DNA of 64,000 nt, taken from contig SVBJ01000004.1 of the NCBI GenBank assembly GCA_015058955.1, positions 29,382-93,381 on the forward strand, given 5' to 3'. The position numbers and the translations under genes are program-made. This DNA comes from Erysipelotrichaceae bacterium (lineage in GTDB: Bacteria; Bacillota_I; Bacilli_A; Erysipelotrichales; Erysipelotrichaceae). The notes beneath the pieces are model-generated. The model saw only the letters and a list, made by a program, of their open reading frames with translations, ran no database searches and was not told the DNA's origin. How positions within the stretch are numbered: the stretch's first letter is position 1; the number at the start of each line of letters is the position of its first letter. This document shows, piece by piece, positions 26,943 to 36,684 of this stretch.

Positions 26943-27788
26943 ATGTTGTTTGAAGATTATCACGTACATACGGAGTTTTCCGAAGATTCCGACTGCCCGA
27001 TGCAGGATCAGATCAGTCAGGCAATCAATAACGGCATTCAGGAGATCTGCATAACCGACCATGTTGACTATGGGGTCAAGCTGGACTGGGATGAACCGGA
27101 AAAGATCAGATTCCGTGACTACGGCTGTGCGGTTGCCAATGTCAACTATCCGGTATATTTCAACAAACTCGATTACATGCGTAAGCTTTACGGTGATAAG
27201 ATCATAATAAAAAACGGTCTGGAATTCGGCATGCAGACCCATACCGTCGGGCAGTTTCAGAAACTGTTTGACCGTTATGAAGACAGACTGGACTTCATCA
27301 TTCTGTCCCTGCATCAGATCAATGACCAGGAATTCTGGATGCAGGCCTTCCAGAAGGGCAAGAGTCAGCAGCAGTACAATGAAGAATACTACCGGGAACT
27401 CTATGAGATAATGAAGGTTTATAAGGATTACAGCATTCTGGGTCATCTGGATGTCATTAACCGTTATGACTTACGGGGCTGTTATCCGTTTGAAAAGACT
27501 GAGGATATCGTTGCGGAAATACTGAAGCTGGCCATAAGGGACGGCAAGGGAATCGAAGTAAACACTTCTTCCTTCCGTTATGGTCTGCCTGATCTGCAGC
27601 CATGCCGCAAGATCCTTCATTTATATAAGGATCTGGGCGGCAGGATCCTTACCATCGGCTCCGATGCCCATTATCCAAACTATGTCGGGGCTCATATCCC
27701 TGAGGTAATGAACATCCTGAAGGATGAGATAGGATTCACTGAGATCTGCACCTTTGACAGAATGGTTCCTTCTTTCCACGAAATATAA
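26943..27788 (+). CDS. PHP-domain histidinol-phosphatase family (HisJ-type) phosphoesterase
   Basis: DYHVHTEFSEDS metal-binding N-terminus, ITDHVD, GSDAH. Confidence 0.8.
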   Translation: MLFEDYHVHTEFSEDSDCPMQDQISQAINNGIQEICITDHVDYGVKLDWDEPEKIRFRDYGCAVANVNYPVYFNKLDYMRKLYGDKIIIKNGLEFGMQTHTVGQFQKLFDRYEDRLDFIILSLHQINDQEFWMQAFQKGKSQQQYNEEYYRELYEIMKVYKDYSILGHLDVINRYDLRGCYPFEKTEDIVAEILKLAIRDGKGIEVNTSSFRYGLPDLQPCRKILHLYKDLGGRILTIGSDAHYPNYVGAHIPEVMNILKDEIGFTEICTFDRMVPSFHEI

Positions 27789-27810
27789 AAAAGAACAGCC
27801 TGTGGCTGTC

Positions 27811-28365
27811 CTAGAACAAATCAAGTTTCAGTAATGGACTTTCGATCTGCATGTCAGGGTTATTCCTGATAATCGCATCGATGTCCATTTTTTTCAGGTA
27901 TTCCCTGGCTTCTTCCCGGTTCATGATGACCGGAGCTCTTTCGTGGATGTAGAGGGTCTGGCTGGCCGGTCTGGTGATGACGGAATAATTGTACTGGTCA
28001 TTTTCCTGCTGGTAGATGCCGGCCATGAAGAACAGGGAATCATTATTGTGAATCAGGTATCTGTTTTTATCCTTATCCCACTCATAAAAGCCGGTAGCGG
28101 GGATCAGACAGCGGGAGGCATTGCGGTAGAATGATTTGTCTCTGATAGACTCAATGCGGGTATTGATTACCTGACGGTTGAAGACATTGTACTCCCATTT
28201 CATGATGGAAGGGGAAGCATCCTTATCCAGCACCACATTAAAGGTATGCGGGAATATCTCCCCGAACTTCAGTGTCTTCAGCAGATCACCTCCATATTTC
28301 AGGGTGAGCTCTGCCCAGTAATTATCCAGGACTGCCTGGTCGCTTAATACATATCTTCCGCACAT
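27811..28365 (-). CDS. SOS response-associated peptidase (SRAP/YedK family abasic-site sensor)
   Basis: Starts MCGRY (Cys2 nucleophile). …PATGFYEW… motif. Confidence 0.85.
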   Translation of the reverse strand: MCGRYVLSDQAVLDNYWAELTLKYGGDLLKTLKFGEIFPHTFNVVLDKDASPSIMKWEYNVFNRQVINTRIESIRDKSFYRNASRCLIPATGFYEWDKDKNRYLIHNNDSLFFMAGIYQQENDQYNYSVITRPASQTLYIHERAPVIMNREEAREYLKKMDIDAIIRNNPDMQIESPLLKLDLF

Positions 28366-28444
28366 ATCTGAATACAGTTTACCATATTGTCAGGGAGAGT
28401 TAAAAAGGTATTACTTCAGGGTCTTTAGATGGTAGAATATAGAT

Positions 28445-29773
28445 ATGTTAAGCGATACAATTGTGGCGGTTTCCACCAGCATGATTGCTCCGGGAGCGAT
28501 CTCAATCATCAGGATCAGCGGTGCTGATACTTTTGACGTGTTAAGAAAGATTTTTAAGTGCAGTGCTGATGAATTTGAAGGTTACCGCATATATCACGGC
28601 TACATCATGGATAAGGATACCAGAGTGGATGAAGTACTGGTATCAACATTTGTGGCACCTAAATCCTATACAGGTGAAGACATGGCGGAGATCAACTGTC
28701 ATGGCGGTCTTTATGTGACCAGAAGAATCCTGACCCTGTGCCTTAATGCCGGATGCCGCCAGGCCCTTAATGGTGAGTTCACCAAGAGAGCCTTCCTTAA
28801 CGGCAAGATGGACCTTACCCAGGCAGAAGCGGTCAACGATCTGATCATGGCTGACAATAAGGATAATGCTGCCCTGGCTGTCAACAGCCTTTCCGGCAGC
28901 ATCAGAAGACTGTTAAGCCCGTTAATGGAAGAGGTCGTTCAGATCATTTCCAACATTGAAGTCAACATTGACTATCCGGAATATGATGATGTGGGAATAA
29001 TAACCACTGAAGAGATAAAGCCAATGGTTGATGACTGGCTTAGGCAGTGTGAACACATTCTGACGGTAGCTGAAAGCTCCATGATCATCAAGTCAGGGGT
29101 TAAGACCGCCATTGTCGGAAAGCCTAATGTCGGCAAGAGCAGTCTATTGAATGCTCTGCTGGCAGAAGACAAGGCAATCGTCACAGATATTGCCGGTACG
29201 ACCAGGGACCTGGTTGAAGGTGACATTCATCTGCAGAACGTAACTCTGCATCTGGTTGATACAGCCGGCATTCATGAGACCGAGAATACAATTGAAAGGA
29301 TCGGCATTGAAAAGAGCAAGGAAGCCATTGCCGAAGCACAGCTGGTAATTGTCGTTCTGGACGCTTCCCGTGAAATAGATGAACAGGACAGGGAACTGCT
29401 GGAGCTGACCAAAAACAAGAACAGAATAGTCGTTTATAACAAGCAGGACCTGGTAGAAGACAAAATGGAAATGGGCATCAGTGCCGCCAACTGCGAAATC
29501 GATCAGCTGACTGATACGATCAATGCGATGTTTGCGGATAATCAGATCGCTCTGAAACAGCCGGCCCTGACCAATGAAAGACAGATCGCCTTAATGATGG
29601 AAGCCAGAGATTCAATGATCACAGTCAGAGATTCGCTGGAAGACGGTGTTCCGCTGGACCTGGTCAATGAGGATCTGGAGAATGCCTACAGATGCCTGAG
29701 GGAAATACTTGGCGAATACAACAAGGAAGATCTGCTGGATCAGATTTTTTCCCGCTTCTGTGTGGGCAAATAG
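28445..29773 (+). CDS. mnmE: tRNA modification GTPase MnmE
   Basis: G1 GKPNVGKSSLLN, G3 DTAGI, G4 NKQD, C-terminal FCVGK. Confidence 0.95.
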   Translation: MLSDTIVAVSTSMIAPGAISIIRISGADTFDVLRKIFKCSADEFEGYRIYHGYIMDKDTRVDEVLVSTFVAPKSYTGEDMAEINCHGGLYVTRRILTLCLNAGCRQALNGEFTKRAFLNGKMDLTQAEAVNDLIMADNKDNAALAVNSLSGSIRRLLSPLMEEVVQIISNIEVNIDYPEYDDVGIITTEEIKPMVDDWLRQCEHILTVAESSMIIKSGVKTAIVGKPNVGKSSLLNALLAEDKAIVTDIAGTTRDLVEGDIHLQNVTLHLVDTAGIHETENTIERIGIEKSKEAIAEAQLVIVVLDASREIDEQDRELLELTKNKNRIVVYNKQDLVEDKMEMGISAANCEIDQLTDTINAMFADNQIALKQPALTNERQIALMMEARDSMITVRDSLEDGVPLDLVNEDLENAYRCLREILGEYNKEDLLDQIFSRFCVGK

Positions 29774-29787
29774 ATCAGAGGCATGTT

Positions 29788-29810
29788 AAGGCTGGTCAGT
29801 CAGCCTTTTA
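29788..29810 (+). terminator. Intrinsic terminator after mnmE
   Basis: aaggctg-gtcagt-cagcctt followed by ttta. Confidence 0.5.
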
Positions 29811-29840
29811 ATTATTAATGCGTCGAAAGGGGGCTCTGAT

Positions 29841-30476
29841 ATGGATGACAGCAGAGTGAGCCATGATTTCCGTTTATGTGATGATGGCGTATACCGCTGG
29901 GTATATGAATATGATCTGTGGAAAAACCATACAGTCATATTGGAAATAGAGAAGTTCTTTATCCTTGCCTGTATGGGCATAATGGTCATCCAGGGCTTGA
30001 TTGAAATACCGCAGAAGGGATTTATCAAAGCATTAATATCAGCTGCTCAGGAGGCCGGTATATTACTGGGGATCATGAGTGTTCTGCTGGTGATCAGTTA
30101 CCCGATATACTGTCTGCTGTCAAACGGGAAGTACTGCGTTCTGTTTGAAATGGATGACAAAGGCATCATGCATACCAGAATGGAGAAAAAGGTTAAGAGA
30201 GAGGATCTGGTGGAATGGCTGTGGGCTGCCAACGAGATCCTTGACAGCAGGTTACTGTCAACCAGTCTGAGCATTGCGACAGCTTCAGAAGCCTCAATGG
30301 AAACGGTATTTTCCGAAGTCAGGAAAATGTCAGTTTCGGAAAAAGGAAAAACGATAACGTTAGTATGCAGGATAACCAGGAATCAGGTATATGTTCCTGC
30401 TGAGAAATTTGAATTTGTAAAGAAATACATATTGGAAAGGTGTCCGGAAAATGTTCAGAGAAGTCAGAAGATTTAA
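29841..30476 (+). CDS. Hypothetical membrane protein
   Basis: 211 aa with two central hydrophobic helices. No family recognised. Confidence 0.5.
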   Translation: MDDSRVSHDFRLCDDGVYRWVYEYDLWKNHTVILEIEKFFILACMGIMVIQGLIEIPQKGFIKALISAAQEAGILLGIMSVLLVISYPIYCLLSNGKYCVLFEMDDKGIMHTRMEKKVKREDLVEWLWAANEILDSRLLSTSLSIATASEASMETVFSEVRKMSVSEKGKTITLVCRITRNQVYVPAEKFEFVKKYILERCPENVQRSQKI

Positions 30477-30927
30477 GCAGCGGTTAACCAGGGAAGAATG
30501 CCTGGAAATACTGAAACAGACAAAAAGAGGAGTTCTGTCAGTCAATGGTGATGATGGGTATCCTTACGGTGTACCGCTGAATCATTACTACGATGAAGAA
30601 ACGGGAAAGATCTACTTCCATGGGGCTTCACGGGGTCACAAGGTTGATGCCATCAGAAAAGATGACAGAGTATCATTCTGCGTTTACGATGACGGATACC
30701 GTAAGGAAGGCGACTGGGCTCTGACTTTCAGAAGCGTCATTGTCTTTGGCAGGATCAGAGAAGTGGAAGATCAGGATGTAATCTTAAGAGTATGCCGTGA
30801 TCTGAGTTACAAGTTTACTTCTGATGATGACTACATTGAGCATGAAATCGCAACCAGCGGTAAAAGAGTTCTGGTTCATGAACTGACCATTGAACACATT
30901 ACCGGCAAAACGATCAGGGAAGCCTGA
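30451..30927 (+). CDS. Pyridoxamine 5'-phosphate oxidase family (NimA-like) flavoprotein
   Basis: REECLEILKQTKRGVLSVNGDDGYPYGVPLNHYYD…IYFHGASRGHK. Confidence 0.78.
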   Translation: MFREVRRFKQRLTREECLEILKQTKRGVLSVNGDDGYPYGVPLNHYYDEETGKIYFHGASRGHKVDAIRKDDRVSFCVYDDGYRKEGDWALTFRSVIVFGRIREVEDQDVILRVCRDLSYKFTSDDDYIEHEIATSGKRVLVHELTIEHITGKTIREA

Positions 30928-31007
30928 AATAACGGAATAAAATGATAAAAAACAAATGTCAGACGGAAAGATATTATTTATAATAAAAAAAGAAATCAGG
31001 TAGAGAT

Positions 31008-32669
31008 ATGAATAAGACAAGTACAAAGATAATACTGATCATCATCCTGCTGGGACTGATCGGCGGCCGGGGATATGGCTATTACAGGTATAGGGAACAG
31101 AAAAGAATTGAGTATGAAATGTGGCTCAATGAAACAGTGACCCGTTATCTGGCCAATGACAGACCGCAGCTGACCATTACGGATGAGGAAGGTAATGAAC
31201 TGTCAGTAGTAAGAGGAACAGAAGTTCAATTCAAGCACAATAAGGTCGTAGATGAAGAACATCCGGAAAAAAAGGAAATCGTTCTGAACGATACTCTTTA
31301 CTATGTTGATGAATCGTATCTGGTCGATTACCTGACCCAGTGCGTTACGGAAAAGCAGATGTTCACCGAAAGACCGGAAGAAGTCTATAAAAACGGTAAC
31401 ATGCTGGAAATTGCCTACAGCGTTAACAAGAATGTTCCGGTGGAGATAATCGGTTTCAGGGAAATCAATGATGACGGAACCGTTGACATCTATAAGGTCA
31501 GAACTGAAGCCGGGGAAGGTTATCTGTACGGTGACCGGTATCATCTGGATTACGAATATGTTGAACGTTCCCTGGATGGCAGCCGCTATGCGGAACACGC
31601 TGATGATGAAGGCGGGGAAGCCAAGGATATTCCTTATTATCCTAAGAATGTTAAGGAAGGCAGTGACCTGGTTGACATACCTGGCAATGTAATGCCTGAT
31701 GTCTGCAAGACTCTCTATCTCAACGGTGACGCCATTTCCTACGCTGACGATTACATCCGGCTGGCTGACACCTGCGGCATCAATGCCTTTGTCATTGACA
31801 TCAAGGACGGGGAATCCATTGCCTATGATTCACCGACCATCAAGAAGTATTCGCCAAGCTCCAATGAGGGAATCAATTCCTATGAACTGTTCAAGAATTC
31901 CGTCAAGAAGATCAAGGATGCCGGATATTACATAATTGCCCGCATTACGGTTTTCAAGGATGACGGCTTCCTGAAGGACCATCCGGAAACAGCGATTACC
32001 AGAAACGGTAAGCCATATGAGTTCAACTGGTCCAACTGGCCAAGCATCTTCAACAGACTGGTATGGGAATACAATGTGGCTCTGGGTGTTGAAGCTGTCA
32101 GAGACTTCGGTTTCAATGAAATACAGTTTGACTATGTCAGATGTCCGGAATACATTCCTTCCGGCACTGACATGAAGAACACCTATAACGAATCCAGAAT
32201 TGAAGCAGTTACCAAGTTTGTCTATTATGCTACGGAAGTACTGCACAGAGAAGGAGCCTATGTATCCGTTGACGTCTTCGGCGAGCTGGTTGGCGGTTAT
32301 GTTACCCAATACGGTCAGTACTGGTGTGCCCTGTCCAATGCCGCCGATGTCATCAGTTCCATGCCTTATCCTGACCATTTCAATGAATGGGACTACGGTC
32401 TGGCCATTCCTTGGAAACAGCCATATGATCTGATGTGGAACTGGAGCTATTTTGCCCGGGAACGTCAGGAAGAGACTTACTATCCAGCCAGAATGAGAAC
32501 CTGGATCCAGGCTTATGATTCCTATAAGGACGGTACATATTACGGCTATGACAAGGTAAAGGCTCAGATCGATGCCCTGACGGATAACGGTGTCAACCAG
32601 GGCTACATGACCTGGAACGGTGCTTCGGACATTGATAAGTACTGGGACATCAAGAACGCCTTTAATTAG
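31008..32669 (+). CDS. Membrane-anchored putative glycoside hydrolase (DUF4015/GHL-type TIM barrel)
   Basis: N-terminal TM, then GINAFVIDIKD… and FNEIQFDYVRCPE motifs remembered from DUF4015 proteins. Confidence 0.6.
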   Translation: MNKTSTKIILIIILLGLIGGRGYGYYRYREQKRIEYEMWLNETVTRYLANDRPQLTITDEEGNELSVVRGTEVQFKHNKVVDEEHPEKKEIVLNDTLYYVDESYLVDYLTQCVTEKQMFTERPEEVYKNGNMLEIAYSVNKNVPVEIIGFREINDDGTVDIYKVRTEAGEGYLYGDRYHLDYEYVERSLDGSRYAEHADDEGGEAKDIPYYPKNVKEGSDLVDIPGNVMPDVCKTLYLNGDAISYADDYIRLADTCGINAFVIDIKDGESIAYDSPTIKKYSPSSNEGINSYELFKNSVKKIKDAGYYIIARITVFKDDGFLKDHPETAITRNGKPYEFNWSNWPSIFNRLVWEYNVALGVEAVRDFGFNEIQFDYVRCPEYIPSGTDMKNTYNESRIEAVTKFVYYATEVLHREGAYVSVDVFGELVGGYVTQYGQYWCALSNAADVISSMPYPDHFNEWDYGLAIPWKQPYDLMWNWSYFARERQEETYYPARMRTWIQAYDSYKDGTYYGYDKVKAQIDALTDNGVNQGYMTWNGASDIDKYWDIKNAFN

Positions 32670-32675
32670 TGAACG

Positions 32676-32700
32676 AAACCCTGATTCAGTCAGGGTTTTT
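32676..32700 (+). terminator. Intrinsic terminator
   Basis: aaaccctga-ttcag-tcagggttt followed by tt. Confidence 0.7.
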
Positions 32701-32742
32701 CTGTGAGTGAGTATGATATAATTACCTAGAGAGGTTTTTAAG

Positions 32743-33519
32743 GTGGAAAAGACTTACTGGATCGACACGCACTGTCACATGAATGATGAAATATACAGGG
32801 AGAATCTGGATGAATACATGCAGAGAGCTTTGTCTTTTAATGTGGGACGAAACATGTTCATCTGCATGAACAGAGCGGATCTGGAATACACCTTTGAGCT
32901 TAAGGAAAAATATCCTTATATTGACATTGCCTTTGGCTATCATCCGGAAGATGTCAAGGACATTACTGAAGATGATCTTGTGTACATGGAAGGGATCATT
33001 AATGACCCAAGGATCATTGCGATAGGAGAGATCGGTCTGGATTACTATTGGGACAAGACCTATAAGGAAGAACAGAAAGAGCTGTTTATCCGTCAGATCG
33101 ATCTGGCCAACAAAGTGGGCAAGCCGATACTGATTCATTCCCGCAGCCGGGCTCAGGATACCTATGACATTCTGAAGGGTCATGCGGGAGTTAAGGTTCT
33201 GATGCATTGCTTCGGTGAATCAGCTGAAATGATGAGGGAATACCTGAAACTTGGTTATTACATTGCCTTTGGCGGGGTCGTTACCTTCAAGAATGCCCGT
33301 ATTCCGAAAGAGAATGTCATCAATGTTCCATTGGACAGATTAATGCTGGAGACCGACTGTCCATACATGACTCCGGTACCTTACCGCGGCAAGGCCAATG
33401 AAACGGCCTATGTCAGATTTGTTGGTGAGTTTGTCTGCAGGGAAAGAGGAATAGAGGAAGCAGTTTTGCAGCAGCAGTTAATGGATAATTATGAGAGGTT
33501 CTTTAATGAAAAGGATTAA
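32743..33519 (+). CDS. tatD: TatD family metal-dependent hydrolase/DNase
   Basis: GTG start. IDTHCHMND, EIGLDYYW, ETDCPYM. Confidence 0.9.
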   Translation: MEKTYWIDTHCHMNDEIYRENLDEYMQRALSFNVGRNMFICMNRADLEYTFELKEKYPYIDIAFGYHPEDVKDITEDDLVYMEGIINDPRIIAIGEIGLDYYWDKTYKEEQKELFIRQIDLANKVGKPILIHSRSRAQDTYDILKGHAGVKVLMHCFGESAEMMREYLKLGYYIAFGGVVTFKNARIPKENVINVPLDRLMLETDCPYMTPVPYRGKANETAYVRFVGEFVCRERGIEEAVLQQQLMDNYERFFNEKD

Positions 33520-34042
33520 GGAACTGATCGTAGTTGAAGGTAAGCATGACAGAGACAGACTGGAAAAGCTGTTTGACTGTGATGTGATCTGTACGGACGG
33601 TCTTTCCATGAGTGAGGATGTACTTGAAACCATCCGTACCATCGGGACAAAAAGAGGGGTAATTGTCTTTACTGACCCGGATCATCCCGGGGAAGTGATC
33701 CGCCGCAGGATCGGGGAAATCGTTCCGGACTGCCAGCATGTCTTCGTCAACCGAACGGATGCCATCGGCAGGCGCAATGTCGGAGTGGAATATGTCAGTG
33801 ACGAAAACATCATCAGGGCCCTGGAAAACCGCATTACCTTTGAGAAAGACAGTGAATCACTGAAATGGGAACAGTTCTGTTCTCTGGGAATCATAGGCAA
33901 TAAAGATAAAAGAACAAAACTATGTGAAATACTTCACATAGGTTACAGCAATAACAAGACTTTATTTAAAAGACTGAACATGATGGGGATGACCCAACAG
34001 CAGTTGACAGACATATTGAAAGAACTGGAAAATGAACGTTAG
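33506..34042 (+). CDS. rnmV: Ribonuclease M5 (5S rRNA maturase, Toprim)
   Basis: MKRIKELIVVEGKHD…VIVFTDPDHPGE. Start set at the ATG at 33506. Confidence 0.88.
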   Translation: MKRIKELIVVEGKHDRDRLEKLFDCDVICTDGLSMSEDVLETIRTIGTKRGVIVFTDPDHPGEVIRRRIGEIVPDCQHVFVNRTDAIGRRNVGVEYVSDENIIRALENRITFEKDSESLKWEQFCSLGIIGNKDKRTKLCEILHIGYSNNKTLFKRLNMMGMTQQQLTDILKELENER

Positions 34043-34787
34043 AAGAACCCTGGAATTAATCAGTCAGTATGAAGTGAAGGCCAAGAAGAAATACGGCCAG
34101 AATTTTCTGGTGGATGAAAAGGTCATTAACATGATCGCTGATACGGTTGAACAGGGTGAACGGGTCATTGAAGTCGGACCGGGTTTGGGAGCACTTACCG
34201 GAGCATTACTGGAAAAGTGCAGTAAGCTGACGGCTTATGAGATAGATGGAGATCTGATTGAAATACTGAACCGGGAGTATGGCTGTGAGAAGTTTACTCT
34301 TCTGAACCGGGACTTCCTGAAGGTTCAGCTGCCTGAAGAAAAAAGTGTTCTGGTATCAAATCTGCCTTATTACATAACTTCTGACATCCTGTTAAAGTGC
34401 TTCAGAGAAAAGGACAGACTTAAGAGCATGACGGTAATGATGCAGAAGGAAGCAGCCGCCAAGTTCTTCAGTACCAGACATGAATACGGTACCCTTAACA
34501 TTCTGGCTGACTGGTACAGTGATTACCGTGTCGTCTGCACTGCCGGCAGGCATGGTTTCATTCCGACCCCTAATGTTGACAGTACGGTCATGGAGTTTGT
34601 CTTTAATGACAGAAAGGCTGATGAGGATTTCATCAGGTTTCTTGATGTCTGTTTTTCCCAGCGCCGCAAACTGTTAAGCGGCAATCTGAAAAAAGCCGGA
34701 TATCAGTTAACCAGGGATCTGGGGAACATCAGGACAGAACAGTTAACTGCTGAAGAGCTGCATCAGCTCTATGAGGAATTAAGATGA
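34032..34787 (+). CDS. rsmA: 16S rRNA (adenine1518/1519-N6)-dimethyltransferase
   Basis: KKYGQNFLVD, EVGPGLGALT, SNLPYYI. Confidence 0.92.
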   Translation: MNVRRTLELISQYEVKAKKKYGQNFLVDEKVINMIADTVEQGERVIEVGPGLGALTGALLEKCSKLTAYEIDGDLIEILNREYGCEKFTLLNRDFLKVQLPEEKSVLVSNLPYYITSDILLKCFREKDRLKSMTVMMQKEAAAKFFSTRHEYGTLNILADWYSDYRVVCTAGRHGFIPTPNVDSTVMEFVFNDRKADEDFIRFLDVCFSQRRKLLSGNLKKAGYQLTRDLGNIRTEQLTAEELHQLYEELR

Positions 34788-35605
34788 GAGAATATGCGAA
34801 TGCCAAGATAAATCTGGGATTGGATGTGGTTGGAGAAAGAGAAGACGGCTATCACCTGCTGGACATGGTGATGGTTCCGCTGACTCTGTGCGATGACATT
34901 GACATTGAAATAAGTGAACAGGACAGTTTCACCAGTAATACTTCCCTGTCCTGGGACAGGGGAAACCTGATGTATAAGGCTGTGGAATTAATGAGAGATC
35001 ATTATGGTCTTAAGGAGCATTTCCGGATAACTCTGAATAAGAGGATCCCGATGCAGGCCGGTCTGGCAGGGGGAAGTGCAGATTGCGCAGCCGTCATGAG
35101 ATCCATCAATAAGCTGTGTGATCTTAACCGTCCGCTGGAAGAATTAATGGAGCTTGGGGTCAGACTGGGGGCTGATGTGCCTTTCTGCATTTATAACAAA
35201 CCGGCCAGGGTACAGGGGATCGGTGAGATAATTGAGCCTCTTGAGATCAGGAAGCACTATCATGTCTTACTGGTTAAGCCTGATGAAGGCGTATCCACTG
35301 CTGAGGTTTTCCGCCTGCTGGACAGTGAGCGTCATGCTGACATCGATGCACTGGTACAGCGGTTAAGGGAAGGCAGGGAACCGAAACTGGAGAACGTTCT
35401 GGAAGACAGTGCCATAAAGCTTTTACCGGAAATAGAAGCAGTTAAGAACATCTGTCTGACCTTCGGATATCAGCTTACCATAATGAGCGGATCAGGTTCC
35501 TGTGTCTTTGTTCTGGCGGAAGATGTTAACAGTTTAACTCCTGTATTTTCATATTTTAAAAATATATATAAATTCGTAATGATAAGCGAAATTTGTTTGT
35601 TTTAG
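34784..35605 (+). CDS. ispE: 4-diphosphocytidyl-2-C-methyl-D-erythritol kinase
   Basis: AKINLGLDV and the GHMP motif IPMQAGLAGGSADCAAV. Confidence 0.9.
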   Translation: MREYANAKINLGLDVVGEREDGYHLLDMVMVPLTLCDDIDIEISEQDSFTSNTSLSWDRGNLMYKAVELMRDHYGLKEHFRITLNKRIPMQAGLAGGSADCAAVMRSINKLCDLNRPLEELMELGVRLGADVPFCIYNKPARVQGIGEIIEPLEIRKHYHVLLVKPDEGVSTAEVFRLLDSERHADIDALVQRLREGREPKLENVLEDSAIKLLPEIEAVKNICLTFGYQLTIMSGSGSCVFVLAEDVNSLTPVFSYFKNIYKFVMISEICLF

Positions 35606-35640
35606 TGTATAATTAAAGCGTAGATTTTTTGGAGGTTTTT

Positions 35641-36636
35641 ATGATTTCAGCAATAGTCATGGCAGCCGGCAAAGGTACCAGAATGCATTCAGATTTAGCC
35701 AAGACCATGCATAAGGTACTGGGCAAGCCAATGGTTGATCATATTTACGATACATTGAAAAAACTTAACGTGGACAATATTGTCTATGTTGTTGGATACG
35801 GTGCTGATACCATTAAGCAGCACATGGGTGACAAGGTAAGCTATGCCTTACAGCAGCCTCAGTTAGGCTCAGGTCATGCCGTCATGCAGGCCAGCCAGCT
35901 TAAGGGTGTCAAGGGCAAGACGCTGATCATTAACGGTGACTGTCCGCTGATTACGACAGATACATATAACAAGATGCTTGAACAGGCGGAAGAGTATCCG
36001 CTGGTTTTGCTGACTGTAAAGCTTGATGATCCGGCTCATTACGGACGCATCGTCAGAAACTGGGACGGCAATGTCTTAAAGATAACGGAGTTCAAGGACT
36101 GCACGGAAGAAGAAGCCAGGATCAATGAGATCAATGCCGGCATCTATTGCGTTGACAATGAACTGTTATGGAAATATCTGCCGGAAATTAAGAACGACAA
36201 TGCTCAGAAAGAGTATTATGTCACCGACCTGGTAAGCCTGTTCAATGAACATGGCCATAAGGTTACTGCCGTGGTATCGGAAGATCCAAGTGAAATGAGC
36301 GGCATCAACAACCGTAAGGAACTGGTACGGGCAACAGCCTGGTTAAGAGACAGAGTCAACGGCTACTGGCTTGATCAGGGTGTGGAAATAGTTGATACCA
36401 AAAGTACCTACATTTCTACCGATGTCACCATTGGCAAGGATACACTGATATATCCGAATGTCCGCATTGAAGGAAACACCGTCATCGGTGAAAGCAATAC
36501 CATTACCGAAGGAACATACATCTGTGATTCCAGGATCGGCAAGGGTAATACGATCATCTCATCCAGACTGATCAACTGTGAGATCGGTGATGATGTTACG
36601 ATAGGCCCATGGGTCAGCATGACCGATGGAGAATAA
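35641..36636 (+). CDS. glmU: GlmU-like UDP-GlcNAc pyrophosphorylase, C-terminally short (331 aa)
   Basis: MISAIVMAAGKGTRMHS…QQPQLGSGHA uridylyltransferase domain. Only about 80 aa of left-handed beta-helix precede the stop. Start at the ATG at 35641, 5 nt after GGAGG. Confidence 0.8.
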   Translation: MISAIVMAAGKGTRMHSDLAKTMHKVLGKPMVDHIYDTLKKLNVDNIVYVVGYGADTIKQHMGDKVSYALQQPQLGSGHAVMQASQLKGVKGKTLIINGDCPLITTDTYNKMLEQAEEYPLVLLTVKLDDPAHYGRIVRNWDGNVLKITEFKDCTEEEARINEINAGIYCVDNELLWKYLPEIKNDNAQKEYYVTDLVSLFNEHGHKVTAVVSEDPSEMSGINNRKELVRATAWLRDRVNGYWLDQGVEIVDTKSTYISTDVTIGKDTLIYPNVRIEGNTVIGESNTITEGTYICDSRIGKGNTIISSRLINCEIGDDVTIGPWVSMTDGE

Positions 36637-36684
36637 CATCTGTAAACCAGAAAAGGAAGGGAAGAAATCTAAGAGGGAGGATTT

